A stretch of DNA of 64,000 nucleotides from a virus: IMG/VR virus record IMGVR_UViG_3300033155_001835, positions 2,603 to 66,602 of that record. One strand, 5' to 3'. Positions within the stretch are counted from its first letter, which is position 1; each line of letters begins with the position of its first letter. The position numbers and the translations under genes are program-made. The notes under the pieces were generated by a model. That model saw nothing but the letters and a program-made list of their open reading frames with translations. It was not told where the DNA came from and made no database searches. Positions 7,217 through 16,541 of the stretch are shown here, in pieces.

Positions 7217-7732
7217 ATGCCTACAATGTTACAAAGAGGGTTTGGCTGGGGTGCAGATCGCTTATTCGGTCTTACAACGGCTATGGGTAAAGCTGGTGGT
7301 CTGACTTCTGCAGCAGGATCCGTTGGTGCTAGACAAACAGCAATGGCTTATGGTGCCCGTGGTGCCTCTGTAGGTTCTCAAGCATTTGCAGGTATTGCTG
7401 GCGCAAACCGTGCTGGTGCTCGTGCAGTAGTCGGCGGTGTTGCTGGTGGTACATATGGTGCCTTTTCAGAGAATACTAGCATTATGGGTGGCGCTGCAAT
7501 GGGCGCTGGCCTCTTTGCTGGCGCTCCTCTTGCAGTTACCAGAGGTGGATCAAGACTCAGAGCTATGGGCGGCATTTATGGTCAGGCTCGTGGCATGGGA
7601 ATGGGCCGAGGCCAAGCTGCTTGGGGTGTTGCTGCTGGTCAAGGCAGAAATGCAAGTCAATATATTGGTAATACTGCAAACCGTGCTCTGGGCAGAATAA
7701 ACAGCAGTCTTAAAGCTAAAGCTGGATTCTAG
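7217..7732 (+). CDS. Gly/Ala-rich basic protein
   Basis: AAGGAG RBS; GxxxG-rich segments (VGGVAGGTYGA, GGAAMGAGLFAGA). Confidence 0.75.
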   Translation: MPTMLQRGFGWGADRLFGLTTAMGKAGGLTSAAGSVGARQTAMAYGARGASVGSQAFAGIAGANRAGARAVVGGVAGGTYGAFSENTSIMGGAAMGAGLFAGAPLAVTRGGSRLRAMGGIYGQARGMGMGRGQAAWGVAAGQGRNASQYIGNTANRALGRINSSLKAKAGF

Positions 7733-7740
7733 GAGCGAAT

Positions 7741-9741
7741 GTGCTACTTGACCTCAATCAATGTGATCCAACCTGTAAGAGCTGTGTCTCTCTTTATTTT
7801 AAGAAGCACAAAGTAAAGCAAGGTACTGAAAAGCCTTTCAGAATTACTTGTGAAGGTATTCCTCTTAATTATATCCCTGACAGTATATTAGCAGCAATTG
7901 GTGGCGACCCCGAACTGGCTATCTCTACTTATGATCCTGTCGTATGGGCTCGTAAGTTTCTAGACTGGCATTGTGAAGATCCAGATGGTGAAGTTTGGAA
8001 AAGAAAAACGCTTGAGCATAGTCTACCTCCAGAAGCCGCATCCTATGATAAAGAGAGAGCCGAAGCTGGTAAGTCTATTTTCCATAGACCTTATCAGGCT
8101 GACATGCTCCGTTGTGCCGCAAAGTATAAAGCGTTCCGTATTGGCCGTCAGGCTGGCAAGACAGAGACTCTTTGTATTGCTATTTTGTGGGCGCTATATA
8201 CACACGAAAAGTTTAAGGTTGTTTTAATTTGTCCTTATCAAGCACAGGTAGAAATGATCTTTGGTCGTCTAGAAGACCTAATTTCCTCTAGCTCGCTACT
8301 GAGTGATGCTATCGCAAGAAACGCAAAAGCTCCTAACTTTCAGATCAAGCTCTTTAATGGTTCTCGTGTAAATGGCTTCACGGCTGGTACACGTTCTGGC
8401 CAAGATGCTGGTGCTGCACGTGGTCAGCCTGCAAACATGCTAGTGTTCGATGAGGCCGACTATCTTTCTCCTGGTGACATTCAGGCAACTCTAGCTACGA
8501 TTGTTAACTTCGATAAAGCTACTGTATGGATGTCCTCAACACCAACGGGTCGTAGAGAGAAGTTTTACGAATCTTGCAACAATCGAATTTATCGTGAGTT
8601 CTACTACTCCTCTATGGTCAACCCCAACTGGACTCCTGAGAAGGATGAGTTCTTCAAGTCTGAATATACAGACGAACAGTACAGACACGAGATTCTTGCT
8701 GAGTTTGGCGAGCAAGAGGAAGGTGTATATCAGGTTAAGTATGTAGAGGCTGCACAGGCAGAGTATGAATATGCAGAGATGACGCCGCAGCCTACATGGA
8801 CCTATATGATTGGTGTGGACTGGAACGACGTGAAGATTGGTACCACTATTGCAATCGTTGGTCACAACCCTCATGACGGTCTTTTTTATATCGTAGATAA
8901 GCATACTATTAGTCGTGCAGAACGTACTCAGTTGGCAGCATGTAATAAGATTGCAGAGCTGAACCGTCTGTGGCGTCCAGCAGCTATTTATGTAGACCAA
9001 GGTTATGGAGCTACACAGATTGAAGTACTCCAAGGCTTTGGCGCTACTGAGCTGCGCACCAAGGGTCCGAACCATCCTGATGCTCGTCTACGTAATATTG
9101 TTAAGGGTTATGACTTCGGTAGCAGTATCGAAATTCGTGACCTCTTCACCAAGCAGGCTATCAAGAAGCCAGCCAAGCCATTCTTGGTAGAGACTTCTGT
9201 TCGTCGCTTTGAGCAACAGCAAATGCGCTATCCTGCTTCTGATGAGAAGTATACTGCACAGCTTCTTGGTTATGTTATCCAACGTGTTTCTATCACAGGT
9301 CGCCCAGTCTTTGAACAGCAGAACGAGAAGGCTGGAGACCACTTGCTTGATGCTGTCAACTTAGCTCTTGTTGCATTCGCTCTTGAGAAGAGTGAGTTTG
9401 GTAAACCAACTTACATGCAACACATTGCTTTTGGTGGTCAATTTGGAGATAATAAGAAACAGCGACCAATTACCGATGCAAGAGATAATCGTCCGAAACA
9501 AGGAAGGGCAGCGGTGATGACTGATGGTAATCAACCTATTATCCCTTCTGCTCAGGGTGACTTGCCTGCTGCAAACCATTCTGTAGAATCAGGCATAGGT
9601 CTTTGGAATTGGCCTGGATTCGGCCATGATGCTCCAAAGCCAAGAGTACGCACATTAGGTGAAGCGTTTAATCAAGCACAAGAAAGAGTCACAGGGAGAC
9701 CTTCTCGTAGACGCCCCCGCCCACGTCGTGCTAAATTCTAG
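7741..9741 (+). CDS. terL: Terminase large subunit
   Basis: RPYQ Q-motif, Walker A GRQAGKT, Walker B LVFDEAD, coupling motif STPTG, RNase H-like nuclease GVDWN..DQGYG..DHLLDA. Confidence 0.95.
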   Translation: MLLDLNQCDPTCKSCVSLYFKKHKVKQGTEKPFRITCEGIPLNYIPDSILAAIGGDPELAISTYDPVVWARKFLDWHCEDPDGEVWKRKTLEHSLPPEAASYDKERAEAGKSIFHRPYQADMLRCAAKYKAFRIGRQAGKTETLCIAILWALYTHEKFKVVLICPYQAQVEMIFGRLEDLISSSSLLSDAIARNAKAPNFQIKLFNGSRVNGFTAGTRSGQDAGAARGQPANMLVFDEADYLSPGDIQATLATIVNFDKATVWMSSTPTGRREKFYESCNNRIYREFYYSSMVNPNWTPEKDEFFKSEYTDEQYRHEILAEFGEQEEGVYQVKYVEAAQAEYEYAEMTPQPTWTYMIGVDWNDVKIGTTIAIVGHNPHDGLFYIVDKHTISRAERTQLAACNKIAELNRLWRPAAIYVDQGYGATQIEVLQGFGATELRTKGPNHPDARLRNIVKGYDFGSSIEIRDLFTKQAIKKPAKPFLVETSVRRFEQQQMRYPASDEKYTAQLLGYVIQRVSITGRPVFEQQNEKAGDHLLDAVNLALVAFALEKSEFGKPTYMQHIAFGGQFGDNKKQRPITDARDNRPKQGRAAVMTDGNQPIIPSAQGDLPAANHSVESGIGLWNWPGFGHDAPKPRVRTLGEAFNQAQERVTGRPSRRRPRPRRAKF

Positions 9742-9755
9742 TAAGGAGGATCACC

Positions 9756-10193
9756 TTGAGTTTAGACCTCTATAGTGAACCCAATGTAGATAACAAGATT
9801 GAGACGCTATCTCCTTTCACGGTTACGTTTGACGGTCGTGTTGGTGGAAAGCTGGATAGATTAGTTTATGTCCGCAACGATAATATTCTTCGTTACTACA
9901 CCAATATAGCAGTTACACCCTGTACACTAACCGGGGATAGTCTTGTCGACGATTCTACCCCTGGCTATTACTGGAGACTGATGGTTAAAGACATCCGTCC
10001 TACTAACGAAGAATGGAACTTACTTACGTCAGGAGCAACAGTGTCTCTTGGTGCAGACCTTGGCAGCAGTGGTGATGGCGATATTATTACCTTCTTGCCT
10101 TTATGGATTCGTGTAGCTATTCCGCGTGCTCAACGCATCCAAGCAATCACAAATGTAGTAATACGTATCACTGCAACGGAGAACGTAGTCTAA
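9756..10193 (+). CDS. Hypothetical virion protein (beta-rich)
   Basis: AAGGAGG RBS plus TTG start; lies in the head module. Confidence 0.7.
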   Translation: MSLDLYSEPNVDNKIETLSPFTVTFDGRVGGKLDRLVYVRNDNILRYYTNIAVTPCTLTGDSLVDDSTPGYYWRLMVKDIRPTNEEWNLLTSGATVSLGADLGSSGDGDIITFLPLWIRVAIPRAQRIQAITNVVIRITATENVV

Positions 10194-10849
10194 TGGCGAA
10201 CAAAAAAGATGTTACAATCCCTCAGCCTGGCGATATAGGCGGCGACTTTAATGAGTCTGATGAGATTCTTAACTATCGTCCTCGTATTGAATACGTAGAA
10301 CCTGACCCTGAGTATTTCAAACCAGATGTTGAAGAGGTTGTCACTATTGATGATGTACGTGATCGTACACAAAAGCTTATCAATGGTCTAGATGCTGTTG
10401 CGAAGTTGGCTGATATAGCACAAAAACGAATTGACCAAAGAGTAAAGAATAGTGGTGGATTGACAATGAAGCTAGATCCTAAAAGGGATCACCAGACTAT
10501 TGCAGCTATGAAGCGTAGATTCCCAAATGCAGACCCTAGTCAGATTACCTATGATGATTATAAGAAGGCGCTAGACTGTCTGCAAAAGTCTACTGCTCCT
10601 GTACCTCAAGTTACTGCTGCTGATATTAGAGCAGCTAAATCTGACCCTAACAGAACTAACTTTGGTGGTGTAAACAATAAGAGTGGAGAGAATAGAGCTG
10701 AGCTTTCTGCTCCTGGTATGGAACCTATGGATCTTGATAAGTTCCAGAAGAATGCAGTTATTGCGTTACACAAACTTATGGAGCCTTTAATTCGAGGCAC
10801 AGCAAATGGTGCTATTTCAGTACACAAGATAGACACTCCACACAAGTAG
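10193..10849 (+). CDS. Hypothetical protein
   Basis: Start reassigned to ATG 10193 (TAATG coupling, GGAG upstream). Confidence 0.7.
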   Translation: MANKKDVTIPQPGDIGGDFNESDEILNYRPRIEYVEPDPEYFKPDVEEVVTIDDVRDRTQKLINGLDAVAKLADIAQKRIDQRVKNSGGLTMKLDPKRDHQTIAAMKRRFPNADPSQITYDDYKKALDCLQKSTAPVPQVTAADIRAAKSDPNRTNFGGVNNKSGENRAELSAPGMEPMDLDKFQKNAVIALHKLMEPLIRGTANGAISVHKIDTPHK

Positions 10850-10856
10850 GATAACT

Positions 10857-12371
10857 ATGGCAAATGCGACTACACCCTCAAGTGCTAAAAACGTAAAGCC
10901 CCGCTTTGACTTCAGCGGAGTAGATCCTTCTACTGTGAATGTAGACACTCTTGATCTAGGCACTAACCAATCGGATTGTGCTATTATCGCTCAGACGTTC
11001 GAGCGCGGTGCTCATTCTACTCCTTCAGAAGCTGCAGTTTTTGCTACCATTAGTCGCACGTTACAAAACAACAAAGCTTTCGCTATCTCTTCTAGTGCCT
11101 CTTTCAAAACATACTTAGGTGCTCCACAAGAAGATGCAGCTACTGTTGCTCAACAATCAAACCAGTATGCTGCCGCAGGCGCTAGTATCTCTGGTGGCGG
11201 CGGTTCTAGTGCACAGACTCAACAGTTTATGCAGTCCTTAAATATAGGCACTCAACAACAGACAACACATGGAGATTCGTTTGGAGAGAAATTACTAGAT
11301 AAAGCACGCGAATGTATTCCTTGTGGCGTACGTTTGTCTGCATTCTTAGAACTCCAGCCTAATGTTGATTTATTGGGTAGTTTTGAAACTTATTTAAAAA
11401 CAGCTCTTGGGAACTTGCAAAGTGTTGCTGATCTACTAAACAACTTTGACACCTATGGAGACTTGTGCGCCCTGCTCAACCTTTTCTCCTTTATGTGTAT
11501 CCCTGACCTACAACGTATTATTGCTTTGTTTATGGCCCTCTTTATCCTTGAGGTACCAGAGCTGGATGGTCTTATTGGTTTGTTAACCTCTCTAGTCATG
11601 CCTATCTTCGCTCCTATCCTTGTAGGTATCTCTACTCTCTTGGATCAGTTTGTAGTACTTATTACTAATCCACTTGCCTGTGTAGTAGATGCAATCAACC
11701 TACAGATAAAAAAGCTTGGCTTCGAATCTACTCGCGAGGGTAGAAGGTTAAAGAAGGATCTTAAGGACGCTTCGACGAAAAGCAAAGAAGTTACAAAAGA
11801 GATTAACAACGGTATCAAAGAAATGAAAAAGCAGTTGCAGGAGGGTATACAGAAAGTTAAAGCAAGGATGAGTTTCTACACCCAGCAGATTAATGCAATG
11901 TTGGGTGAAATGGGAGGCGGCGATGCTGCCTACCTCCAAGCCAAACTTAAGGTATTGCAATTGGTTCGTCTGATTGCTTTTGTTACTGCTATTATTAACG
12001 CTCTAACCAGAGGCCATGCTGCTTGTTCTAATACAGGCAAGAATGCAGAGGCTCCTGAGATTGAGAACTTTTATCAAAACTTCCTTAATCCACAAGCCCC
12101 TTTCAATATCTATCTCGATAATAATGGTAATTTAAAGATCGATGAAGATTTTGGCGACCTCGGTGATGAACTAGAGGACTTGAATGAAACAGGAAATGTG
12201 TTTCAATTTGAGGGGGAGTCTTTGCTGGACACTACAGTGCTGCAAGCTGTTGAGGAGGTAACTGTCTCGTTGACATCACCTACACAGGTCGCAGTTCCTT
12301 GCAAACTGGAGACAACTGTTTCTGATGTAGGAAAGGTCAATCAGTGGATGGAACAACTTAACCAATCATGA
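10857..12371 (+). CDS. Hypothetical protein with hydrophobic helices and coiled coil
   Basis: 504-aa ORF; CIPC/CIPD motifs, long hydrophobic stretch, K/E coiled coil; immediately upstream of the portal. Confidence 0.75.
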   Translation: MANATTPSSAKNVKPRFDFSGVDPSTVNVDTLDLGTNQSDCAIIAQTFERGAHSTPSEAAVFATISRTLQNNKAFAISSSASFKTYLGAPQEDAATVAQQSNQYAAAGASISGGGGSSAQTQQFMQSLNIGTQQQTTHGDSFGEKLLDKARECIPCGVRLSAFLELQPNVDLLGSFETYLKTALGNLQSVADLLNNFDTYGDLCALLNLFSFMCIPDLQRIIALFMALFILEVPELDGLIGLLTSLVMPIFAPILVGISTLLDQFVVLITNPLACVVDAINLQIKKLGFESTREGRRLKKDLKDASTKSKEVTKEINNGIKEMKKQLQEGIQKVKARMSFYTQQINAMLGEMGGGDAAYLQAKLKVLQLVRLIAFVTAIINALTRGHAACSNTGKNAEAPEIENFYQNFLNPQAPFNIYLDNNGNLKIDEDFGDLGDELEDLNETGNVFQFEGESLLDTTVLQAVEEVTVSLTSPTQVAVPCKLETTVSDVGKVNQWMEQLNQS

Positions 12372-14749
12372 AAATCTTTGGCTTCGATATCAACTGGAAC
12401 AAAGCACCAGCAGATCAGGTAATCGTTCGCACGGTTGCACCTGCAACAATTCCTGTCTCTAAAATCCCTACTGTTAAAATTGGTTCTCTTTCTTATGCAC
12501 AACAGTTTGCGCAAGGACGCGGCCATTTTCAGTCTGCAGAGTATGACTTATCCGAAATTGGTAAGATAGAAGATACTGATGGCTTTGTCCGTCAGGCTTT
12601 CAAAAAGAAAGAAGGCTTGATGTTCAAAGAGGGCGTTGGATGTAAGGGAGCTAACAAACGTACAGTCCGTTATTACAAGACTCGTATGGCTCAAATAGCT
12701 CAGGCATCTAGTGTTCCCACAAGTATTCTATTGAAGCGAGTGGCGCGTAGTCTTATTCGTACCTCAAACGCCTTTCTTGTTAAGGTTCGTGACCCAAACA
12801 AGTCTGGTGGTAGTATGCGTACTACTGCTGATGGTAAGCGTTTAAAGCCAATTGCTGCCTACTTCCCAGCTGCACCAGAAACAATGCGTGTAGATTTGGA
12901 CGCAAATACAGGCAAAATACGTAAATGGCGACAAGTTCTTCCAGATGGACGTTGGAAAGACTATCAACCAGAGAATGTTGTTCATTTCGCAATCGACAAG
13001 CGAGAGGGCTTTTTCTTTGGAGTTCCTTCTATTATTCCTGTTATTGATGATATTCGTGCCCTTCGCCAGATCGAAGAAAATATTGAACTACTTTTATATC
13101 AACATCTCTTTCCTCTTTTCCATTACAAGGTAGGTACTGAAACAGCTCCTGCTGGATATACCGAGGAAGGAGTAAGGGAAGTTGACGCAATAGAGACTCA
13201 GATTAGCATCATGCCTTCTGAGGGCGCTATCGTTACTCCAGAGCGTCATGAGATTAAAGCTATTGGCTCTGAGGGTAGAGCTGTTAGAGCTGAAGGTTAT
13301 CTAACCCACTTCAAGAAACGTGTCTTTGCAGGTCTAGGCGTCTCTTCTGTAGACATGGGCGATGGTGATACAACCAACAGAGCTACTGCTCAAACCCTTT
13401 CTCGTGCAATCATTGATGCTGTTAAGGCTATCCAAGATGATCTTGAAGCACAATGGAACCAGCATGTCATTTCCGAACTACTTCTTGAAGGCGACTTTGG
13501 TGCTCGTGTTCTTGAAGAAGAGGATATGGTCTTCTTACAGTTCACTGAAATTGATATTCAGAACAAGATGGAGATTGAGAAGCATGCTATGGAGCTATGG
13601 AAGGCCAGCTTGTTGACATTTGATGAAGCCAGAGGCGCAATGTCTCATGAGCCTATTCCTCTTCCAGAACATGGTGAAGAGCAGGATCCAAAGAAGTACC
13701 CTGAATGGTTCTCTATTTACTTCAAGCTTATCGAAGAGCCTCTTAACCTTATTCGTGCCGTCGATGAACCTTTCAGTATGGCTGCAAGAGCTATGGCTGA
13801 AGCACGTGGTGCGGCTATGACCGAGAAGGGCAGACAAGAGCAGATTGCAGGTAAGAAAGAAGAGGTTAAAGCTCAAGCAGAAGAGGATAGGAAGACCAAG
13901 ATCGCTGTTGTTAAAGCAAAGCCAGCCTCGCCTCCTTCTACTAAGAAGAAAGATCACTACCTCTCTACTGCTTTCAAGGACCTTGAGTCTGATACTGTTG
14001 ATCGTATCCAAACTAGCATCACCTCCAGAGGAGTTGTTGATGCTGAATACCTTCTATCACTAGCTCGTATATGGGCTGCGGATACTGTAGAGAAACTACA
14101 TTCTCTAGCTGTGGGTCAGTTAATCCTTGGTTTTAATGATCAAACTAACATGCAAGCATCGAACGCTGAAGTCTTACTTTCTGTAGGTCGTCAGATCATT
14201 TTGGACCGTATTGACTACCGTATCAACAAACTGGTTGTTAATACTGTGAACCTTGTCTCCCGCCGAGTTGACGAGAACCTTGGTGATGTTAAACTGGCGG
14301 AAGCATTGCCGGATGTAGCCCGCGAATTGCATATTGCATTTGATGCAGTTAGATATCGTACGGACTTCATCTGGGATGTAGAGATTCGCAAGGCCTACGC
14401 TTTCGGTCGTGTCCTTGGTATGAGACATCTAGGCGAGTATGGTTTTGAATATCATGCCCATTCAGATAGTTGTGAACGTTGTGCTGCAATAGATGGCCGA
14501 GTAATGCCTGCCATGGCTGCGGGGATCGACGACGTACCTCCTCTTCATCCAAACAGTCGGATGAAGTTTAAGATCGTTAGAGAAGACCCAAGCATTGTAG
14601 ATGTAACTGACGCAACAAAAGAAGGTATTGAACAGATCATGGTACCGTGTCCTGAGTGTGGCAAGTCAGCAACCTGGCAATCGAAAGCAGCAAATTACTA
14701 TTGTGCGGCATGTTCACATTCATTTGTTGAAAAGGATATCAAGGAGTAA
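12368..14749 (+). CDS. Portal protein fused to MuF-like domain and Zn ribbon
   Basis: Position between TerL and protease; portal-type segments (NAFLVKVR, VVHF..FFGVP, FAGLGVS, LTFDEAR). C-terminal CERC..DG..PPLHPNSR and CPEC..CAAC. Confidence 0.88.
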   Translation: MKIFGFDINWNKAPADQVIVRTVAPATIPVSKIPTVKIGSLSYAQQFAQGRGHFQSAEYDLSEIGKIEDTDGFVRQAFKKKEGLMFKEGVGCKGANKRTVRYYKTRMAQIAQASSVPTSILLKRVARSLIRTSNAFLVKVRDPNKSGGSMRTTADGKRLKPIAAYFPAAPETMRVDLDANTGKIRKWRQVLPDGRWKDYQPENVVHFAIDKREGFFFGVPSIIPVIDDIRALRQIEENIELLLYQHLFPLFHYKVGTETAPAGYTEEGVREVDAIETQISIMPSEGAIVTPERHEIKAIGSEGRAVRAEGYLTHFKKRVFAGLGVSSVDMGDGDTTNRATAQTLSRAIIDAVKAIQDDLEAQWNQHVISELLLEGDFGARVLEEEDMVFLQFTEIDIQNKMEIEKHAMELWKASLLTFDEARGAMSHEPIPLPEHGEEQDPKKYPEWFSIYFKLIEEPLNLIRAVDEPFSMAARAMAEARGAAMTEKGRQEQIAGKKEEVKAQAEEDRKTKIAVVKAKPASPPSTKKKDHYLSTAFKDLESDTVDRIQTSITSRGVVDAEYLLSLARIWAADTVEKLHSLAVGQLILGFNDQTNMQASNAEVLLSVGRQIILDRIDYRINKLVVNTVNLVSRRVDENLGDVKLAEALPDVARELHIAFDAVRYRTDFIWDVEIRKAYAFGRVLGMRHLGEYGFEYHAHSDSCERCAAIDGRVMPAMAAGIDDVPPLHPNSRMKFKIVREDPSIVDVTDATKEGIEQIMVPCPECGKSATWQSKAANYYCAACSHSFVEKDIKE

Positions 14750-14756
14750 TCGCTGT

Positions 14757-16514
14757 ATGGATAATTTTGTTAGATTTAGAGATGCCTTAAATGTGAAGCC
14801 TCTTGAGATTAGTCAAGATGTGAAAGATTTTTATGCAGGTCTAGGCACTAGCCAAGCTGCTGTTCAGCCTCTGCGTGTACGTATTGCAGCAACTCATGCT
14901 GGCAAGATTACTCGTAACAACGGTTTTTATCTACCACACAAAATGGCCGCAGGCGTTTCTTCTTTTACGGACCAATATGCAAAACCAATTCAGATTCATC
15001 ACCAGGATGATTTAGACCCAATTGGACGTGCAGTTGGAGCAGCATATGTAGACATGAGTAGAGGGTTCCGTGATTCGGTACAAGACTCATACTCTAACTC
15101 TTCATTTAAACAATTGCAGGACTTTGTAGATGGGCGTCTTTCTTACAAGGATGCATGCGCCTTCGCCACTAAGTTCTTCATCAATGATATGGTTGTAAAC
15201 TCAGACCCTGATTATGAAGGTCTTGGCTATATCGAACTAGTTGCTGACATTACAGATCCACTAGCTATCCAAAAGATTATAGATGGACGATACCTCACTG
15301 GTTCTACAGGCGCTACTACTAACAAGGCAATTTGCTCTGTTTGTAAACAAAATTGGGCTGCCGAAGGAAAATGTGAGCACCGACCTGGCAAGGTGTACGA
15401 TTCCGCTAAGTGCGTACTAATTGCTGGAGATTTGACGTATGACGAGTACTCTTTTGTTAACAAACCAGCCGATAGACACTCTCGTGTTATCGAGGTCAAT
15501 GTTAACGGAATTCAAGATTTTGTTACAATGGATGAGCAGGCAGAGTGTAGCATCCCAGAAATCACTCTGGTTGTTGATCGACATCAACACAAACAATCCG
15601 AGGAGGATCAAAACATGTTATTTAAGGATGCCATGGAGCTTGTCCGTAAGAGTGAGAAGTTTGACGAAGTGAAGGACCTAGAAGATAAGGTCAAGAAGTT
15701 TGTTGACGAACACAAAGACCTTGATGAAGCTAAGCTTTTCGAGCTGCTTACACCACAGGATGATAAGCAAGAAGAAAAGAAAGAGGTTAAGGACGACGTG
15801 AAGCAGGAAGACAAGAAGGAAGAAGTTAAGGATGACACTCCTGCGGTCCTCACTGCTGACCTTGTACAGAAGCTTATTGCTGATGCACTTGTTGCTAAGG
15901 AAAAGGCTGATGAAGAGTCAAAGAAGGCTGCTGAAGAGCAGAAGACTGTTGTCGAAGACGCGGTTAAGAAGGCTACTGTTGAGCTGACTGTCGAAAGAGA
16001 TAAGCTCCAGAAGAATCTTGACGTGGCTCGTAAGGAGATCCGCTATCTCCATTCAGACATTGAGAATTTGACTAATAGTATGGCTGACAGTGTAGAAGAA
16101 GTACGCAACGCACGAGTTAAGCATATTGTCGATCTCAAGGTTTTGGCTGATGAGAAGGCTGACGTAGAAGCTCTGACTGTTGAGTTGAAGGATAAAACTA
16201 ACGATGACCTACAGGGAATGCTAGTAGATCTAGGTAGTAAAGTTGACACTCAGAAAATCGCGGATACACTTAACTCTGGATTATCAAATAACCCATCTGG
16301 CACCGTTGATGACCCAACGCTGAAGCAAGATGCTTCTATCGGAACTGAGACTAAAGAGACTGGAGAAATTGTAGTTACTGATGAACTTGCTGCGCAAGTT
16401 AGATTCCAGTGGCTCCAGATTAATAAGGCTCAGGGTAAGAAAGCAGCGGACGCATTCATCGATGATTGTAAGACACAAAAGATTCTACCTGCTGAGTGGC
16501 CAGAAAAGAAATAA
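14757..16514 (+). CDS. Prohead protease-scaffold fusion
   Basis: AAGGAG RBS before ATG 14757. HK97-like protease pattern (THAG..N, H..PIGR, YLTGSTG, ICSVC..CEH, EYSFVNKPAD) followed by an acidic/Lys coiled coil. Confidence 0.85.
   Translation: MDNFVRFRDALNVKPLEISQDVKDFYAGLGTSQAAVQPLRVRIAATHAGKITRNNGFYLPHKMAAGVSSFTDQYAKPIQIHHQDDLDPIGRAVGAAYVDMSRGFRDSVQDSYSNSSFKQLQDFVDGRLSYKDACAFATKFFINDMVVNSDPDYEGLGYIELVADITDPLAIQKIIDGRYLTGSTGATTNKAICSVCKQNWAAEGKCEHRPGKVYDSAKCVLIAGDLTYDEYSFVNKPADRHSRVIEVNVNGIQDFVTMDEQAECSIPEITLVVDRHQHKQSEEDQNMLFKDAMELVRKSEKFDEVKDLEDKVKKFVDEHKDLDEAKLFELLTPQDDKQEEKKEVKDDVKQEDKKEEVKDDTPAVLTADLVQKLIADALVAKEKADEESKKAAEEQKTVVEDAVKKATVELTVERDKLQKNLDVARKEIRYLHSDIENLTNSMADSVEEVRNARVKHIVDLKVLADEKADVEALTVELKDKTNDDLQGMLVDLGSKVDTQKIADTLNSGLSNNPSGTVDDPTLKQDASIGTETKETGEIVVTDELAAQVRFQWLQINKAQGKKAADAFIDDCKTQKILPAEWPEKK
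15615..16514 (+). CDS. Nested in-frame scaffold protein (internal start)
   Basis: AGGAGG at 15601-15606 precedes in-frame ATG 15615, exactly at the protease/coiled-coil boundary. Confidence 0.6.
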   Translation: MLFKDAMELVRKSEKFDEVKDLEDKVKKFVDEHKDLDEAKLFELLTPQDDKQEEKKEVKDDVKQEDKKEEVKDDTPAVLTADLVQKLIADALVAKEKADEESKKAAEEQKTVVEDAVKKATVELTVERDKLQKNLDVARKEIRYLHSDIENLTNSMADSVEEVRNARVKHIVDLKVLADEKADVEALTVELKDKTNDDLQGMLVDLGSKVDTQKIADTLNSGLSNNPSGTVDDPTLKQDASIGTETKETGEIVVTDELAAQVRFQWLQINKAQGKKAADAFIDDCKTQKILPAEWPEKK

Positions 16515-16541
16515 TCGAACTTTTAAGGAGGAAAACCCTAA

